A DNA stretch of 63,548 bases, counting the filler, from Ministeria vibrans ATCC 50519 (taxonomy: Eukaryota; Protista; Filasterea): assembly GCA_943704425.1 (NCBI GenBank). It is 9 parts of 9 records of this genome, joined end to end, with 100 filler letters (N's around TTAATTAATTAA, not from the genome) between each part and the next. Parts side by side here need not be neighbours in the genome. Positions count along the whole stretch, not along the records: positions 35,267 to 58,262 come from CALSCP010000245.1; 8 more parts are not named here. The stretch is one strand, 5' to 3'. The notes under the pieces were generated by a model. That model had not been told where the DNA came from, did no database searches, and saw only the letters and a program-made list of their open reading frames with translations. Positions 41,870 to 51,695 of the stretch are shown piece by piece. Every line of letters starts with the position of its first letter. Position 1 is the stretch's first letter. Position numbers and translations under genes: made by a program.

Positions 41870-42415
41870 ATGGAAAACAGATTCGATCACTTGACAAAGA
41901 ATCAGCTCCTGGAGGAGTGCAACAAGCTCTACAGCCTGGTGGTAAAGCGCGGACATGAATGCAATGATCTCATGGACAAGAACTGGGATTTGAGGTTGTC
42001 ACGGCAGAAGGGTTATGTGAATGTTGTCATGGACGCACTGCCGATAAAGGAGTTGAAAAGGATCGAGATAAATGATGTGGAGGATCCCAATGTGAAACCC
42101 CATGAAATCGAGTACCTCGACGATGCTCTGAAACATCTGACAGTGTCGTGTCTGAGGGCAACGGCGGAGAACTGCGGTCTTGAGACAAAGAATCTGCGGA
42201 AGTCCCAGTTGATCACAGCAATTGATGACTGGGCCCTGGAACACTACGACTTTGTAGATAATGTTGGGCCAGAGGATATGACATGTGACATGTGTGGTGA
42301 AACCAATGAGACTGTCGGATTGTCAGGGTGTGACCATCCTGAGCATGCAACCATACAGGTGTGCCAGCACTGTGACATAGACGGAGAGGAATACAACGGT
42401 TGGTGCGATGAATAA
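41870..42415 (+). CDS. Viral hypothetical protein with HEH/SAP-like helix pair and C-terminal Zn ribbon
   Basis: LTVSCLRATAENCGL...LRKSQLITAI; CDMC...CQHC. Confidence 0.6.
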   Translation: MENRFDHLTKNQLLEECNKLYSLVVKRGHECNDLMDKNWDLRLSRQKGYVNVVMDALPIKELKRIEINDVEDPNVKPHEIEYLDDALKHLTVSCLRATAENCGLETKNLRKSQLITAIDDWALEHYDFVDNVGPEDMTCDMCGETNETVGLSGCDHPEHATIQVCQHCDIDGEEYNGWCDE

Positions 42416-42528
42416 ATGTACCAAGCAAGCTGTTAAGTTGACATTAAAGTAGATTTAAGAAATCTACTTTAACTACTTTAACTACTTAAAGATTAAATTC
42501 TTTACTAGTGTATAATAATACCAAAAGT

Positions 42529-44280
42529 ATGTTTGATTCGACAGACAACGTTGCCACAGCCCTGAAAGAGTTCATGAATGACCAAACAGAACTCAACCTC
42601 GCTGACCTGTACATGGTCATCACCAGCTACCACTTTAAGTGCACCTCACTGGAGAAATTCAGTTTCTTAGTGTACGACGAGAAGACGCGAGTGTGGATAC
42701 CAAAGATCAGGATCGAGATGGTCAATATGATTCAGAGGGACTTTCGCGACTGGGCCCGTAAGCTGGACCTGACTGATGCCCTAGGTGATGTGAGTGCTGT
42801 GACAAAGAAGGGTCATAAAGCGTTGATGATGAAAATTGGGACAATCCGCAACTGCAACGACATGCTCACCGGTATTGCGACTCAGTGCGTCGCAGAGGTA
42901 GATAAAGACTTCAATCAACAGAGGGACACCATTCACTTCAAGAATGGGTGCCTCGAGTAGCGAACAGGGGAATTCCGCGAGAGAGTCCTTGAAGACTACG
43001 TAACGGCAGTTAATCCATACGATTACACCTCAGACGTTGATCAGAACATTGTTGACTATGTGGAAAGTGTGTTGCTGAAGATCAGTAACGACGACAAGGA
43101 GACACTGAAAGGCTATCTCAGCACGCTGGCTTACATAACAACTGGTGAGACAAAGTTGCAGATGATGATCTGTTTCTACGGCCCCCTAGCTGGAAACGGT
43201 AAGAGCAGTGGACTGAATATTCTGGCACGACTCTTCCCGATCCACTATGTGCTGTTGGGGAAAGAAACGTTCGAGAAAGGATACAGCTATTTCCACAAGG
43301 AGATGGCGAACATCACACACCACACAAGATTCACAGTTGTTGAAGAGGCGGACTCGAAGTTGCAAGACGGCTCTCTGCTGAAACAGATTACCAACGTTGG
43401 AGACAACACAGTGAAGGTGAAAGTCATGTACGGCAACACTCGGGACATTAATGTGCGCTTCAAGAACGTGTTCGTGTCGAACCATCTTATGAAAGTTGAG
43501 TTTGATGAGGGTGCAGTCAAGAGATTCAGAGCACACGAAATGTTGAACAAGTTCGTGCCCAAACACGAGCTGGAGTCAGCAAAGGAGAAGTACCCGAATG
43601 CAAAGAACATTCATGTCGCTGATTTGGACCTCCTTGACAAGTTCCAGGATGCAAAGTACAAGAACGCGATGATTAAACTATTGCTCCCGTGGTGGCAGTT
43701 GTTCTATAAGAACAATAGCCTGTACGATCAACAGAAGTACAACGACGCTTGGAGAGAGATGGTAGAAGTCAATGACGTATTTGGGACCTTCCTCAAGGAC
43801 AAATATATCGTGACTGGAGACGAGAGTGACCGAGTCGCTAAGATGGAGATGATGGACGAGTACAGAGACTACTACAAAACAAAATCGGAGGCGAAGTTTG
43901 TTAGCTATGTGAGGCAGAAACAGCTGAAGTACAACAAGAATGGACAGAAGAACGGTAACAGGGGTGTTGTACTCGGGATAAGAGCAATTACAGTCGATGA
44001 ACGTGAGGAGGAAGAGTGCACAATTATGGAAACTGAGAACAGAGAACTGAGAGCCAGAATCAAGGACATGGAGGCTTACATAAAATGGACATTGAAGGCT
44101 CGGATCAAGGATCAAGGAGCAAGAATCAAAGAACTAGAGGTTGAGATTGAGGAAATGAAGAAGAACCCTGTAACCAAGACTGTTACAGTGAAGAAGCCAG
44201 CGAAGAAACTGGAGAAAAAGATTGTAGAAGAGACAGTAGTGGAGTTTGATCCGACTATAGTTGAATGTCTACTCAAGTAA
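42529..44280 (+). pseudogene. D5-like superfamily 3 helicase with one in-frame TAG (42958-42960)
   Basis: ORFs 42508-42960 and 43060-44280 share a frame: IHFKNGCLE*RTGEFR; GPLAGNGKS (A), TVVEE (B), FVSN (C). Confidence 0.85.
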
Positions 44281-45549
44281 TCACAGATATTTCTTATTAG
44301 GTTTACGCGTACGTGCTGATCTACTATTCGTTGTAGTAGATGAGGATTCAGTTGTTGAAGTTCGTGGTGGTAACTTCTTTGCAGGTTTCTTGACGGTAGG
44401 TTTCTTGACAGGTTCAGCTTTTTTCTGCACCACCCGCACCGGTTTTGGAGAAACTTTCTTAAACTTTTTCACTAGGTCAGGGGTCTCCTTAATCAATTGA
44501 CTATGAGGCAACCATCTGTCATACTCTTTACCGTAACCTTTCCAGCGAACGTTGTAATGAACCTTTCCCTTGATTGTCTTCTTGTCTGTCAGTTTATCGA
44601 TCTCAAACTTTCGCTGTGCATCTTTTGTCGGCTTTGTCTCGTCCTTAGACACAACCTGTAATTGTGACTTATTGTAAACAACACCTGGGTGCCCCTTTAC
44701 TGAGTAGCCTGGAACGAGGCCACTATTCAAATGTACCTGTGTGATCGGTTCCGCCTTCTGACTCCAGCGAACGTCTCCACTCCTGAATGTACCATGGAGG
44801 CGTTCGCCAGTGACAGCGTTCTTAGGGGCGTCCAGCAGTACTCTTACCATATCGCCTTGCTGAAGGAGACTACCTTTACCCTTCGGCATCTCATCCGACT
44901 TTGTTGGTTTTGGCGCTGGTTTGTCCTGCACATGCTTATTCATCACATTCACAATCTTTGGCAAGTCCGAAACCCACTCCCGTGATTGTTCACCAGTGCG
45001 GAGTTCCTGCGCTAACTGCCTCTTAGCGATTGCGTGTCCGATAGTTTTGTTTGCTTGTTCTACTAGGGCAGTCTGGCTGTGACGGTTGGTGACGCCTTGC
45101 TTGTGTATGATTTTTTTGTCATTCAGAGCTTTCGTGAACGCCCCCTGAAATTCTCCACCTTGGTCAGTCTGCATCATTGTGGACGGCCAACTTAAATTAC
45201 CCCGCTTATAAATGCGCTTGAGTGCAGCTGCTACGGTCTTGTTATCCCTGTTCTTCAACGGTTCTGCATCAACCTTCTTACTGTAATTATCTTTAATCAC
45301 TAAGGCAAACTTATGGCCTTCATCGTTTGGCAGGTATAAGATATCCGCCTGATGAACCACATTTGGTCCAGATGGCTTCTGGAAGTGGGGCTTGTTGTCT
45401 CCCTTTGGTTTCTTGGGTGGTTTCGTTAAATTGGTTATCAGCGAGTTCTTACCACTGCCTGTTCCCAACTCCTCATCCAATTTCTCGAACAATGACTTCT
45501 TCTTAGGTTTCTTGGTAGCCTTCTTGGGGTCTTTACCTTTGCTACTCAT
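44281..45549 (-). CDS. rve-family DDE integrase with C-terminal chromodomain
   Basis: HQADILYL (D), QTDQGGEF (D), LVEQANKTI (E); GDMVRV SH3-like segment; FEIDKL...YNVRWKGYGKEYDRWLP chromodomain. Confidence 0.93.
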   Translation of the reverse strand: MSSKGKDPKKATKKPKKKSLFEKLDEELGTGSGKNSLITNLTKPPKKPKGDNKPHFQKPSGPNVVHQADILYLPNDEGHKFALVIKDNYSKKVDAEPLKNRDNKTVAAALKRIYKRGNLSWPSTMMQTDQGGEFQGAFTKALNDKKIIHKQGVTNRHSQTALVEQANKTIGHAIAKRQLAQELRTGEQSREWVSDLPKIVNVMNKHVQDKPAPKPTKSDEMPKGKGSLLQQGDMVRVLLDAPKNAVTGERLHGTFRSGDVRWSQKAEPITQVHLNSGLVPGYSVKGHPGVVYNKSQLQVVSKDETKPTKDAQRKFEIDKLTDKKTIKGKVHYNVRWKGYGKEYDRWLPHSQLIKETPDLVKKFKKVSPKPVRVVQKKAEPVKKPTVKKPAKKLPPRTSTTESSSTTTNSRSARTRKPNKKYL

Positions 45550-45631
45550 GTTTATATCATAGAGCACTATAAAAATTGACAAGTACCCCCCGGTAGTTTA
45601 ATATTTTTCCTTTGAGTAGATATACAGTAAG

Positions 45632-46705
45632 ATGGCAATGAGAACTATCAATTACGCTAACGGGGTACTCCTGAAGTCCGCTTCAGATAACGTGTACCTT
45701 GGAAACACAAGCACATACGTTAACGACTCAGAGGGTGTTCTGTATGCTCAGAATGTCAACGTCGGTGGCATTACAGCTGAGAGTCTTTCACTGAGTTCAG
45801 ACCTGTCTGTTCAGAACGTTAACGCTCAAGAGATCAACGGAACAAACATCGACGCGTCATCTGACATGTCGTGTGTGAACATGAATGCATCTGCATCCCT
45901 CAATGGTAACAACCTTGATATCTCTGACGGTGGAAGCTTCGGCGGGTCACTCACTGTTACAGGTGACGCATCTTGCAACGACTTCCAAGCACAGCACGGT
46001 ACTTTCAGCGGAAACGTTCAGGGAAACGACGGTTCATTTGGCGGCGACATGGCAGTCACTGGTAACATCAGTGGTGCTGACTACTCTGGAGACAATGCTA
46101 CATTCGGAGATGATGTCTCAGTAGGTGGTACTCTTGGTGTAACAGGAGAGTTGTCTGGCACCAATGCTTCATTCAGCGAGGAATGCAGTGCTGACGCTCT
46201 GACAGCTAATGACAACATTGAAACCAAGAATTCACTCTCATTTACACGTCCTGATGCAGAAATCAGTTCAATTCAGGCTGCGGTTGCCCAATTCGAGGAT
46301 GCTAGCGCCGGCCACGTTACTGCACTTGCAGAGGCATCAAATGATGGACAAAACGTTGTGTACGGTGTTGACCTCAGCGAGGGATTAACTAAGGATGCCC
46401 TGTTTTACCTCGAGACAGTCCACATGGCGAAAAAGAATGACGCGTCGCTCTCCCATGCTGGTGCATGGAAGATCAGCGCTGTCTGTGCATACGATGCTGG
46501 CACCGGTAACGCTTCTGTTGTTTCAACATCAATTGAGCAACTTGGATTGACTACTGACGCTGACAGTGCAGGATACGATTGCTCTATCAGTGCATCTGGC
46601 AGTGAGATCCACTACACCGGTGATACTGGGAGTGATAACGGAGACGATGCCAAACTGATATGGCACACACAGCTTGCAAGAGCTCACATTGCATGCTCAT
46701 CATAA
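45632..46705 (+). CDS. Putative virion fiber/spike protein
   Basis: Gly/Ser/Asn-rich short repeats (GSFGGSLTVTG, GSFGGDMAVTG) then a globular beta-rich C-terminus. Confidence 0.55.
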   Translation: MAMRTINYANGVLLKSASDNVYLGNTSTYVNDSEGVLYAQNVNVGGITAESLSLSSDLSVQNVNAQEINGTNIDASSDMSCVNMNASASLNGNNLDISDGGSFGGSLTVTGDASCNDFQAQHGTFSGNVQGNDGSFGGDMAVTGNISGADYSGDNATFGDDVSVGGTLGVTGELSGTNASFSEECSADALTANDNIETKNSLSFTRPDAEISSIQAAVAQFEDASAGHVTALAEASNDGQNVVYGVDLSEGLTKDALFYLETVHMAKKNDASLSHAGAWKISAVCAYDAGTGNASVVSTSIEQLGLTTDADSAGYDCSISASGSEIHYTGDTGSDNGDDAKLIWHTQLARAHIACSS

Positions 46706-46757
46706 GCACGTAATTAACGTTGATACACGTTCAATGAACGGATATTAACTTCATTCA
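46687..46757. repeat. 71-bp 3' module; second copy 47285-47355 (69/71 identical)
   Basis: CATTGCATGCTCATCATAAGCACGTAATTAACGTTGATAC..GTTCAATGAACGGATATTAACTTCATTCA; contains short palindromes. Confidence 0.95.
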
Positions 46758-47188
46758 CATTCGTCATACTCTTCAGCATATTCTTCATATTCTTCCTTTG
46801 TAAGGCTCAATGTGTCCTCAATGTTCATGTTGCCAAAGCGTACACAGTAAGCATCATGGTATTTGTTACTCTCTAGATCGCAAGCTCTACATATACTCGG
46901 AGACAAATTACTAATGCAAACCTCAAGGGTTTTGTATTTACATGTTTGATAATGTGAGCGGTATGTTTCATGATACTCATCTAAACTAATGTTCTCAATT
47001 CCTTTTTGATAACAACATTGAGAATTAACTCGAAAGGAGAGATTGCTGTCTTCGAGATTTGAGTTACAGTAGTCACATGTTAATCTTTCACATTTTTCAC
47101 ATTTATAAAACTCAACGGCACACCATTCAAAACTATCATTGTCAACATAAATTCCAAGTTTTTCGAGATCCTTAATTTGAGAAGCCAT
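46751..47188 (-). CDS. Cys-rich hypothetical protein (cassette 1)
   Basis: 145 aa; CEKC, CDYC, CRAC; AT-rich. Confidence 0.7.
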   Translation of the reverse strand: MASQIKDLEKLGIYVDNDSFEWCAVEFYKCEKCERLTCDYCNSNLEDSNLSFRVNSQCCYQKGIENISLDEYHETYRSHYQTCKYKTLEVCISNLSPSICRACDLESNKYHDAYCVRFGNMNIEDTLSLTKEEYEEYAEEYDECE

Positions 47189-47239
47189 TGGTATATTCTA
47201 TACAGCTGTTCCAGAAAAAGATTTTGTGATGCAGACGCG
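47185..47239. repeat. 55-bp 5' (promoter + ATG) module; second copy 47657-47711 (50/55 identical)
   Basis: CCATT(G/T)GTATATTCTATACA-n6-CCAGAAAAAGATTTTGTGATGCAGACGCG. Confidence 0.95.
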
Positions 47240-47348
47240 GATTTCGGTGACTGTCGACAATGCCTCGGGTCGCTGTCGTTGGCGCATTGCATGCTCATCA
47301 TAAGCACGTAATTAACGTTGATACCAGTTCAATGAACGGATATTAACT

Positions 47349-47660
47349 TCATTCATTTGCCAGTCTTGCATCTCTTTCCTCTTCATATTCCCTAATCATT
47401 ATTGCAGATTCAACTTCATAATCGTATAAGATTGAAATCAATTCGTTTTTTGTATTGTTCAGGTATTCGTCTCTGATGAAGAATTTATCAGCTTTGCACC
47501 TGTTAGAGATGTGATATTTGTGTTTGTAGCGCATTGTTGCTATCCTTGCAAGACTTCTTGTGCTCAATTTCAGCATTAAATCGTGGTAATAACGAGGGTG
47601 ACCTTGAGCCCTCCAAAATGCAACACTGCTAATATTCGAGGTTAATTCTTTTCCACCCAT
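47349..47660 (-). CDS. Hypothetical protein (cassette 2)
   Basis: 103-aa AT-rich ORF bounded exactly by the second copies of the 5' and 3' modules. Confidence 0.7.
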   Translation of the reverse strand: MGGKELTSNISSVAFWRAQGHPRYYHDLMLKLSTRSLARIATMRYKHKYHISNRCKADKFFIRDEYLNNTKNELISILYDYEVESAIMIREYEEERDARLANE

Positions 47661-47734
47661 TTGTATATTCTATACAAATGGGCCAGAAAAAGATTTTGTG
47701 ATGCAGACGCGCAATCCAGTCCAGCCAGTTGATC

Positions 47735-48118
47735 GAGAGTTGTAGCACGCACCGCACCAGTTTTGAGCAAACTTTTGTAAACTTTTGCTTATTTAGCGCA
47801 TGTGGAACTTTAAAGGGGGTGCGGAGGGTGCGGGGGTGCGGTTAGTTTAAGTATTATTAAGAGATAGATTTGGATTCAGTCAATAGTAAAAAGTTTACAA
47901 AAGTTTTCGGAAAAACGGTGCGGAGGGTGCGGATTCAAAATTGGGCTATTAGCCCGCTGGTGTCCTTTTAGGAAAAAAACAGAAATGGAAAATCAGTTGA
48001 AAACAAGAGAGATAAAATCTTCCTAATGATTTTTGCTCGATATTTTTAGTGGAACAAATGAAAAAAAAGAAGTTATAAACGATTTTTTTGAAATGACTCA
48101 CACTAGACCACACACACA
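47735..48118 (-). repeat. Right terminal inverted repeat
   Basis: Reverse complement of the left end; terminates ...GACCACACACACA. Confidence 0.9.
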
Positions 48119-48141
48119 GTCGACCCCTGCAGCTGCCGCCT

Positions 48142-50181
48142 ATGAGCTTTGCAAGTGCCACAGCAAGCACCTCCACGACGGCTGCAAATGGCTACCGCAT
48201 GCCCGAGCACTTCACGGTGGAGATTGGCGACGTGCCTGGTCAGCCCATGCGTTTTGTCCACGTACAAGTGGTGCGCGAGCAACAGATGCCCAAGCCATTT
48301 CTCGGGGGTTATCGGGCGCGTCCGAGCGGTCTCGAGTACCACCATGCAAGTGTACAGACGACGCGCAAACTGAGCGAGCAAGAGCGACACCGCTTTGACA
48401 TTGAGCGCACCGATCGCGACGCGCAGACGGTGTTTGAGCGCAATCGAGCCGTGGTGACAACGCGCGAGACAGCGACACAAATGACGAGTCGCGACTGCTA
48501 TGTGAGTGAAGAGACCGACCGCGAACTGTCTGCACGACGACCCTATCTCACGGCCGATGAGTGGGCTGCCATGGTCGAGCGTGCAACCATCAAGATCCAG
48601 GCACACTGTCGCGCTTGGCATGCACGACGTCGCACCAAGCACATTCGTCGAGTTCGCGCAGAATTGGCGCGTCTCGATCGCGAGCAGGAGCAACAACAGC
48701 AGGATGCTGTCGAGTCTGAGCGAGCACGCAACATCGAACGAGCCACACGTCCGCGTACGCGCGCCGACTTTGAGTTTCTCCTCAGCGCGCTTGAGAAGTG
48801 GAAGCGGCAGGAGCACGCGGTGGTCGAGGCGGAGTTTGCCGCTGCAACGTCAGTGCACAACAGAGAAAAGAATGTGAGAGTGATGTGCGAGGCGAGCGCG
48901 CTGCGACGGCGACGCATTCACGAGTTGCTTGAGCAGGAGGTGCGCTTGATTCAATCGATTGACCGAATGCGAAGTGAAGCCAACTTGGCGAACCGCGAGC
49001 GACGCGTCGAGCGCTTTCTCGCCGACATGGCGAGCCCTAAAACATGGAAAGGGGCTCCTCGACAGCCCGAGGGTACTGTGGGTCGGGAAGGCGAAGTGGT
49101 GGTCGAAGTGGACACGCCGGGCACAGTGCGCGCGCGAGAGCTACAGGAGCTGTACGAGCGACTGGTAGAGACGGGAGGTGAAGGTATGTTGGGAAGCACG
49201 GCACACGCGGCGGATGTGCGACTGGACGCACTGCTAGCGCTCAAGTGGGAAGTGAAGACGTTTCCGTGCAAGACGACGACGGAGCTGGTGGAGCTCATTG
49301 ATCGAGAGGCGGACCTGCTGATGCGTGGGTGTCGCCCGTCAAATCTGGTGGGACTGCGTCGACGCATCGTGCAGTTGTTTGTGCACCTCATTGAGCGACC
49401 GGCGTTCAACAGCGAGGCGGCGCGACATGTGCGCACGGACGAGACGTACGCGCGACGACTCTGTCGTGTCGATCGGCACACGGGCAAGTTCTTCGCGCCG
49501 ACTGGACAGACGTTGACTGCGGCGGGGCGAGGGGGGGAGAAAGGGATTCGGTCGGGGAGGACGGTCGACCTGACGAATCGGGCGGCGGGGCGGAAAAATA
49601 TGGCGCAGTATGGGCGGTTGTTGGAGCGTCTGCGGGAGCGAGAAGAAGGATTGAAGCAAATGAGAGGGAAGAAGGAAGTTGAAGGTCAACAAGAAGAAGA
49701 AAAAGAAGAAGAAGAAGAAGAAGAAGAAGAAGAAGAAGAGAAGGAGGAAAAGGAGGAGAAGGAGAAGGAAGCGCTGGAGTGGGCGTATGTAGTGCAACAG
49801 ACAGATATTGTGCATTTGGTGGATGTGATTTGGGGCGGACAGAGTGCGCTGTCAGCGACGCGCAACGTTGACGAGCTGGAGCTGGCACGGTGGAAGGCAG
49901 GCGAGGCATGGTCGCCATGGAACTGTGTGTTGCTGACGCGTACTGAGACAGACGCCCATTACGCACACGAGACGGCGCGCGGGGTGGAAAAGACCCAGCA
50001 AGTGTTTGGGGTGGATCTGGTGCGGCGCGTAAATGCGCGTCATGTGCTCGCAGTGCATCACTTCCGACGCGACGCACCCAACACCGAGCGACGATTGGTG
50101 AGGGCAAAGGAGAAGGAAGGAACAAGTGCACTCGCTCGCTCACTGTCCACTGAGCGCATACGTTTGCCACCCATTGTATAA
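48142..50181 (+). CDS. IQUB: IQ and ubiquitin-like domain protein (IQUB/FAP253-like), downstream part
   Basis: KPFLGGYR...G.EYHHASVQT, RETATQM, PYLTADE, IQ motif IQAHCRAW, ELIDREADLL.RG, RW...WSPWNCVLLT. Confidence 0.85.
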   Translation: MSFASATASTSTTAANGYRMPEHFTVEIGDVPGQPMRFVHVQVVREQQMPKPFLGGYRARPSGLEYHHASVQTTRKLSEQERHRFDIERTDRDAQTVFERNRAVVTTRETATQMTSRDCYVSEETDRELSARRPYLTADEWAAMVERATIKIQAHCRAWHARRRTKHIRRVRAELARLDREQEQQQQDAVESERARNIERATRPRTRADFEFLLSALEKWKRQEHAVVEAEFAAATSVHNREKNVRVMCEASALRRRRIHELLEQEVRLIQSIDRMRSEANLANRERRVERFLADMASPKTWKGAPRQPEGTVGREGEVVVEVDTPGTVRARELQELYERLVETGGEGMLGSTAHAADVRLDALLALKWEVKTFPCKTTTELVELIDREADLLMRGCRPSNLVGLRRRIVQLFVHLIERPAFNSEAARHVRTDETYARRLCRVDRHTGKFFAPTGQTLTAAGRGGEKGIRSGRTVDLTNRAAGRKNMAQYGRLLERLREREEGLKQMRGKKEVEGQQEEEKEEEEEEEEEEEEKEEKEEKEKEALEWAYVVQQTDIVHLVDVIWGGQSALSATRNVDELELARWKAGEAWSPWNCVLLTRTETDAHYAHETARGVEKTQQVFGVDLVRRVNARHVLAVHHFRRDAPNTERRLVRAKEKEGTSALARSLSTERIRLPPIV

Positions 50182-50243
50182 TAGAAGAGAAAGATGGTAT
50201 TCATATGGTGTATATTAAGTGTGTATAGAATTGTGGTAGTTTA

Positions 50244-50572
50244 TCAGTGGGGGCGGACTGCCTGCGAAGTGGTTGTGAGGGAGTTGAGGGAGACAACAGA
50301 GGCAACGGAGGGCTGGACAAGACCCACAGATGTCGTTGAGAGCACAGCAGTAGTGTCATTCGTTGTCGAAGCAGTCGTGGGACTACTAGTGCTCGTACTA
50401 CCACTCCTGGTCTGGGGAGGGGACGGGCTGCTGCGGAGAATGCGGATGCGTTCGACGATCATTGCTTGTGCGATTTGGTTTTCGTCTCCGCGCGGCACAA
50501 TCAGATCAGCAAACTTTTTTGTCTGTAAGCAAATGTGTGAGAGTGAGTGAGTGAATATTAATAATAATAGTG

Positions 50573-50615
<43 letters not shown>

Positions 50616-50617
50616 TA

Positions 50618-50674
<57 letters not shown>

Positions 50675-51510
50675 GTTATGTTGTGTGTGATTTGCTGCTC
50701 TTTGTTGCTTCTCTGGTCTGACCGGTAGGACAAATGCTTCAAAGGTGGGTTTTGTGTGGTCAAGGTAGAAAGAGAGGAGGCGGTCGAGCGACTGTTTGTC
50801 GTCGTGTGCGGCGGGTGTTGCCGCAGTGCTGGTGGTGCTGGTGATGCTGGAGGGCCGCTGCCTTGGCGGTGTTGCTATGGAGGCGTCTTCTTCCACTGCG
50901 TCGGACGCTTCGCCTGTGTGGCGCGCCTCAACGGACTCGCGCAGGACAATGCGGCTGAGACGCACGTCGGATGCGGCTGCAACGTAGATGGACATATCGA
51001 GAAGAGCGCGCACTTTGGCGCACCAGAGCACAAGGGAGCCCTCGAGCAGGATGATGTCGCCCGGGTTGACCTTGATGGTCGTCTTGCAGGGCAACTGCCA
51101 GCGTGTGAAAGTGGGCACTTGGATGGACTGGCCATTCTTGACGTCCTCGACCGTCTTGACGAGCTTGTCCTCGTCAATGAAGTCTGGATGGCTAAACGAG
51201 AGTTCGCGACTGTCGGCAAGATGTCTCTCCTCGGGTGTGAGCTCTCGAAAGAACGAATTCTAAACGTGCAGTTTTAGTTTTGGAGCGACAGTGTCAAAAA
51301 AACACTCAATCGTACAATGTTCAGGTGTACAGCGTGAATCCCAATGCCTTGCAATGACTCCCGGATCTTCTTACACATGTGCGACTAAGCGAAAGCGAGA
51401 AACAAGCGGGCAGAGCAGAGCGCATGAGACAACTCGAGAGTGTTGCACCATTGTACCTTTCCCGACGCAGTGCCGCCCGCAACGCCAATCACAAAGGACT
51501 GCTGTGTCAT
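50244..51510 (-). CDS. Uridine-cytidine kinase, multi-exon
   Basis: VIGVAGGTASGK, FFREL...FSHPD, IILLEG, DVRLSR, KKFADLIVPRG. Confidence 0.85.
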
Positions 51511-51695
51511 GGTATGCGAATAATATGAGCTAGTCGAATCGAGTAATCACACTACTAATTTGTATTTTGTTATTTATTTGAGTTGCACACACACTTCCAA
51601 TATAAAATCTTCAAAGTTCATACTNNNNNNNNNNNNNNNNNNNNNNNNNNNNNNNNNNNNNNNNATATTTCACTTCATTTTCATTTATTTTTTCA

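Larger units (their letters stand above)
35482..48118. mobile_element. Endogenous Polinton/mavirus-like virus (defective, ~12.6 kb)
   Basis: TIRs; flanks CTCGAC (35476-35481) and GTCGAC (48119-48124); rve integrase, pPolB, SF3 helicase and capsid-like ORFs; AT-richer and gene-dense compared with host CDS. Confidence 0.9.

Noticed and set aside
42958-42960. Alternative genetic code (TAG recoding)
   Set aside because: Only one case; host RPS28 ends in TAG and no other element gene needs TAG readthrough
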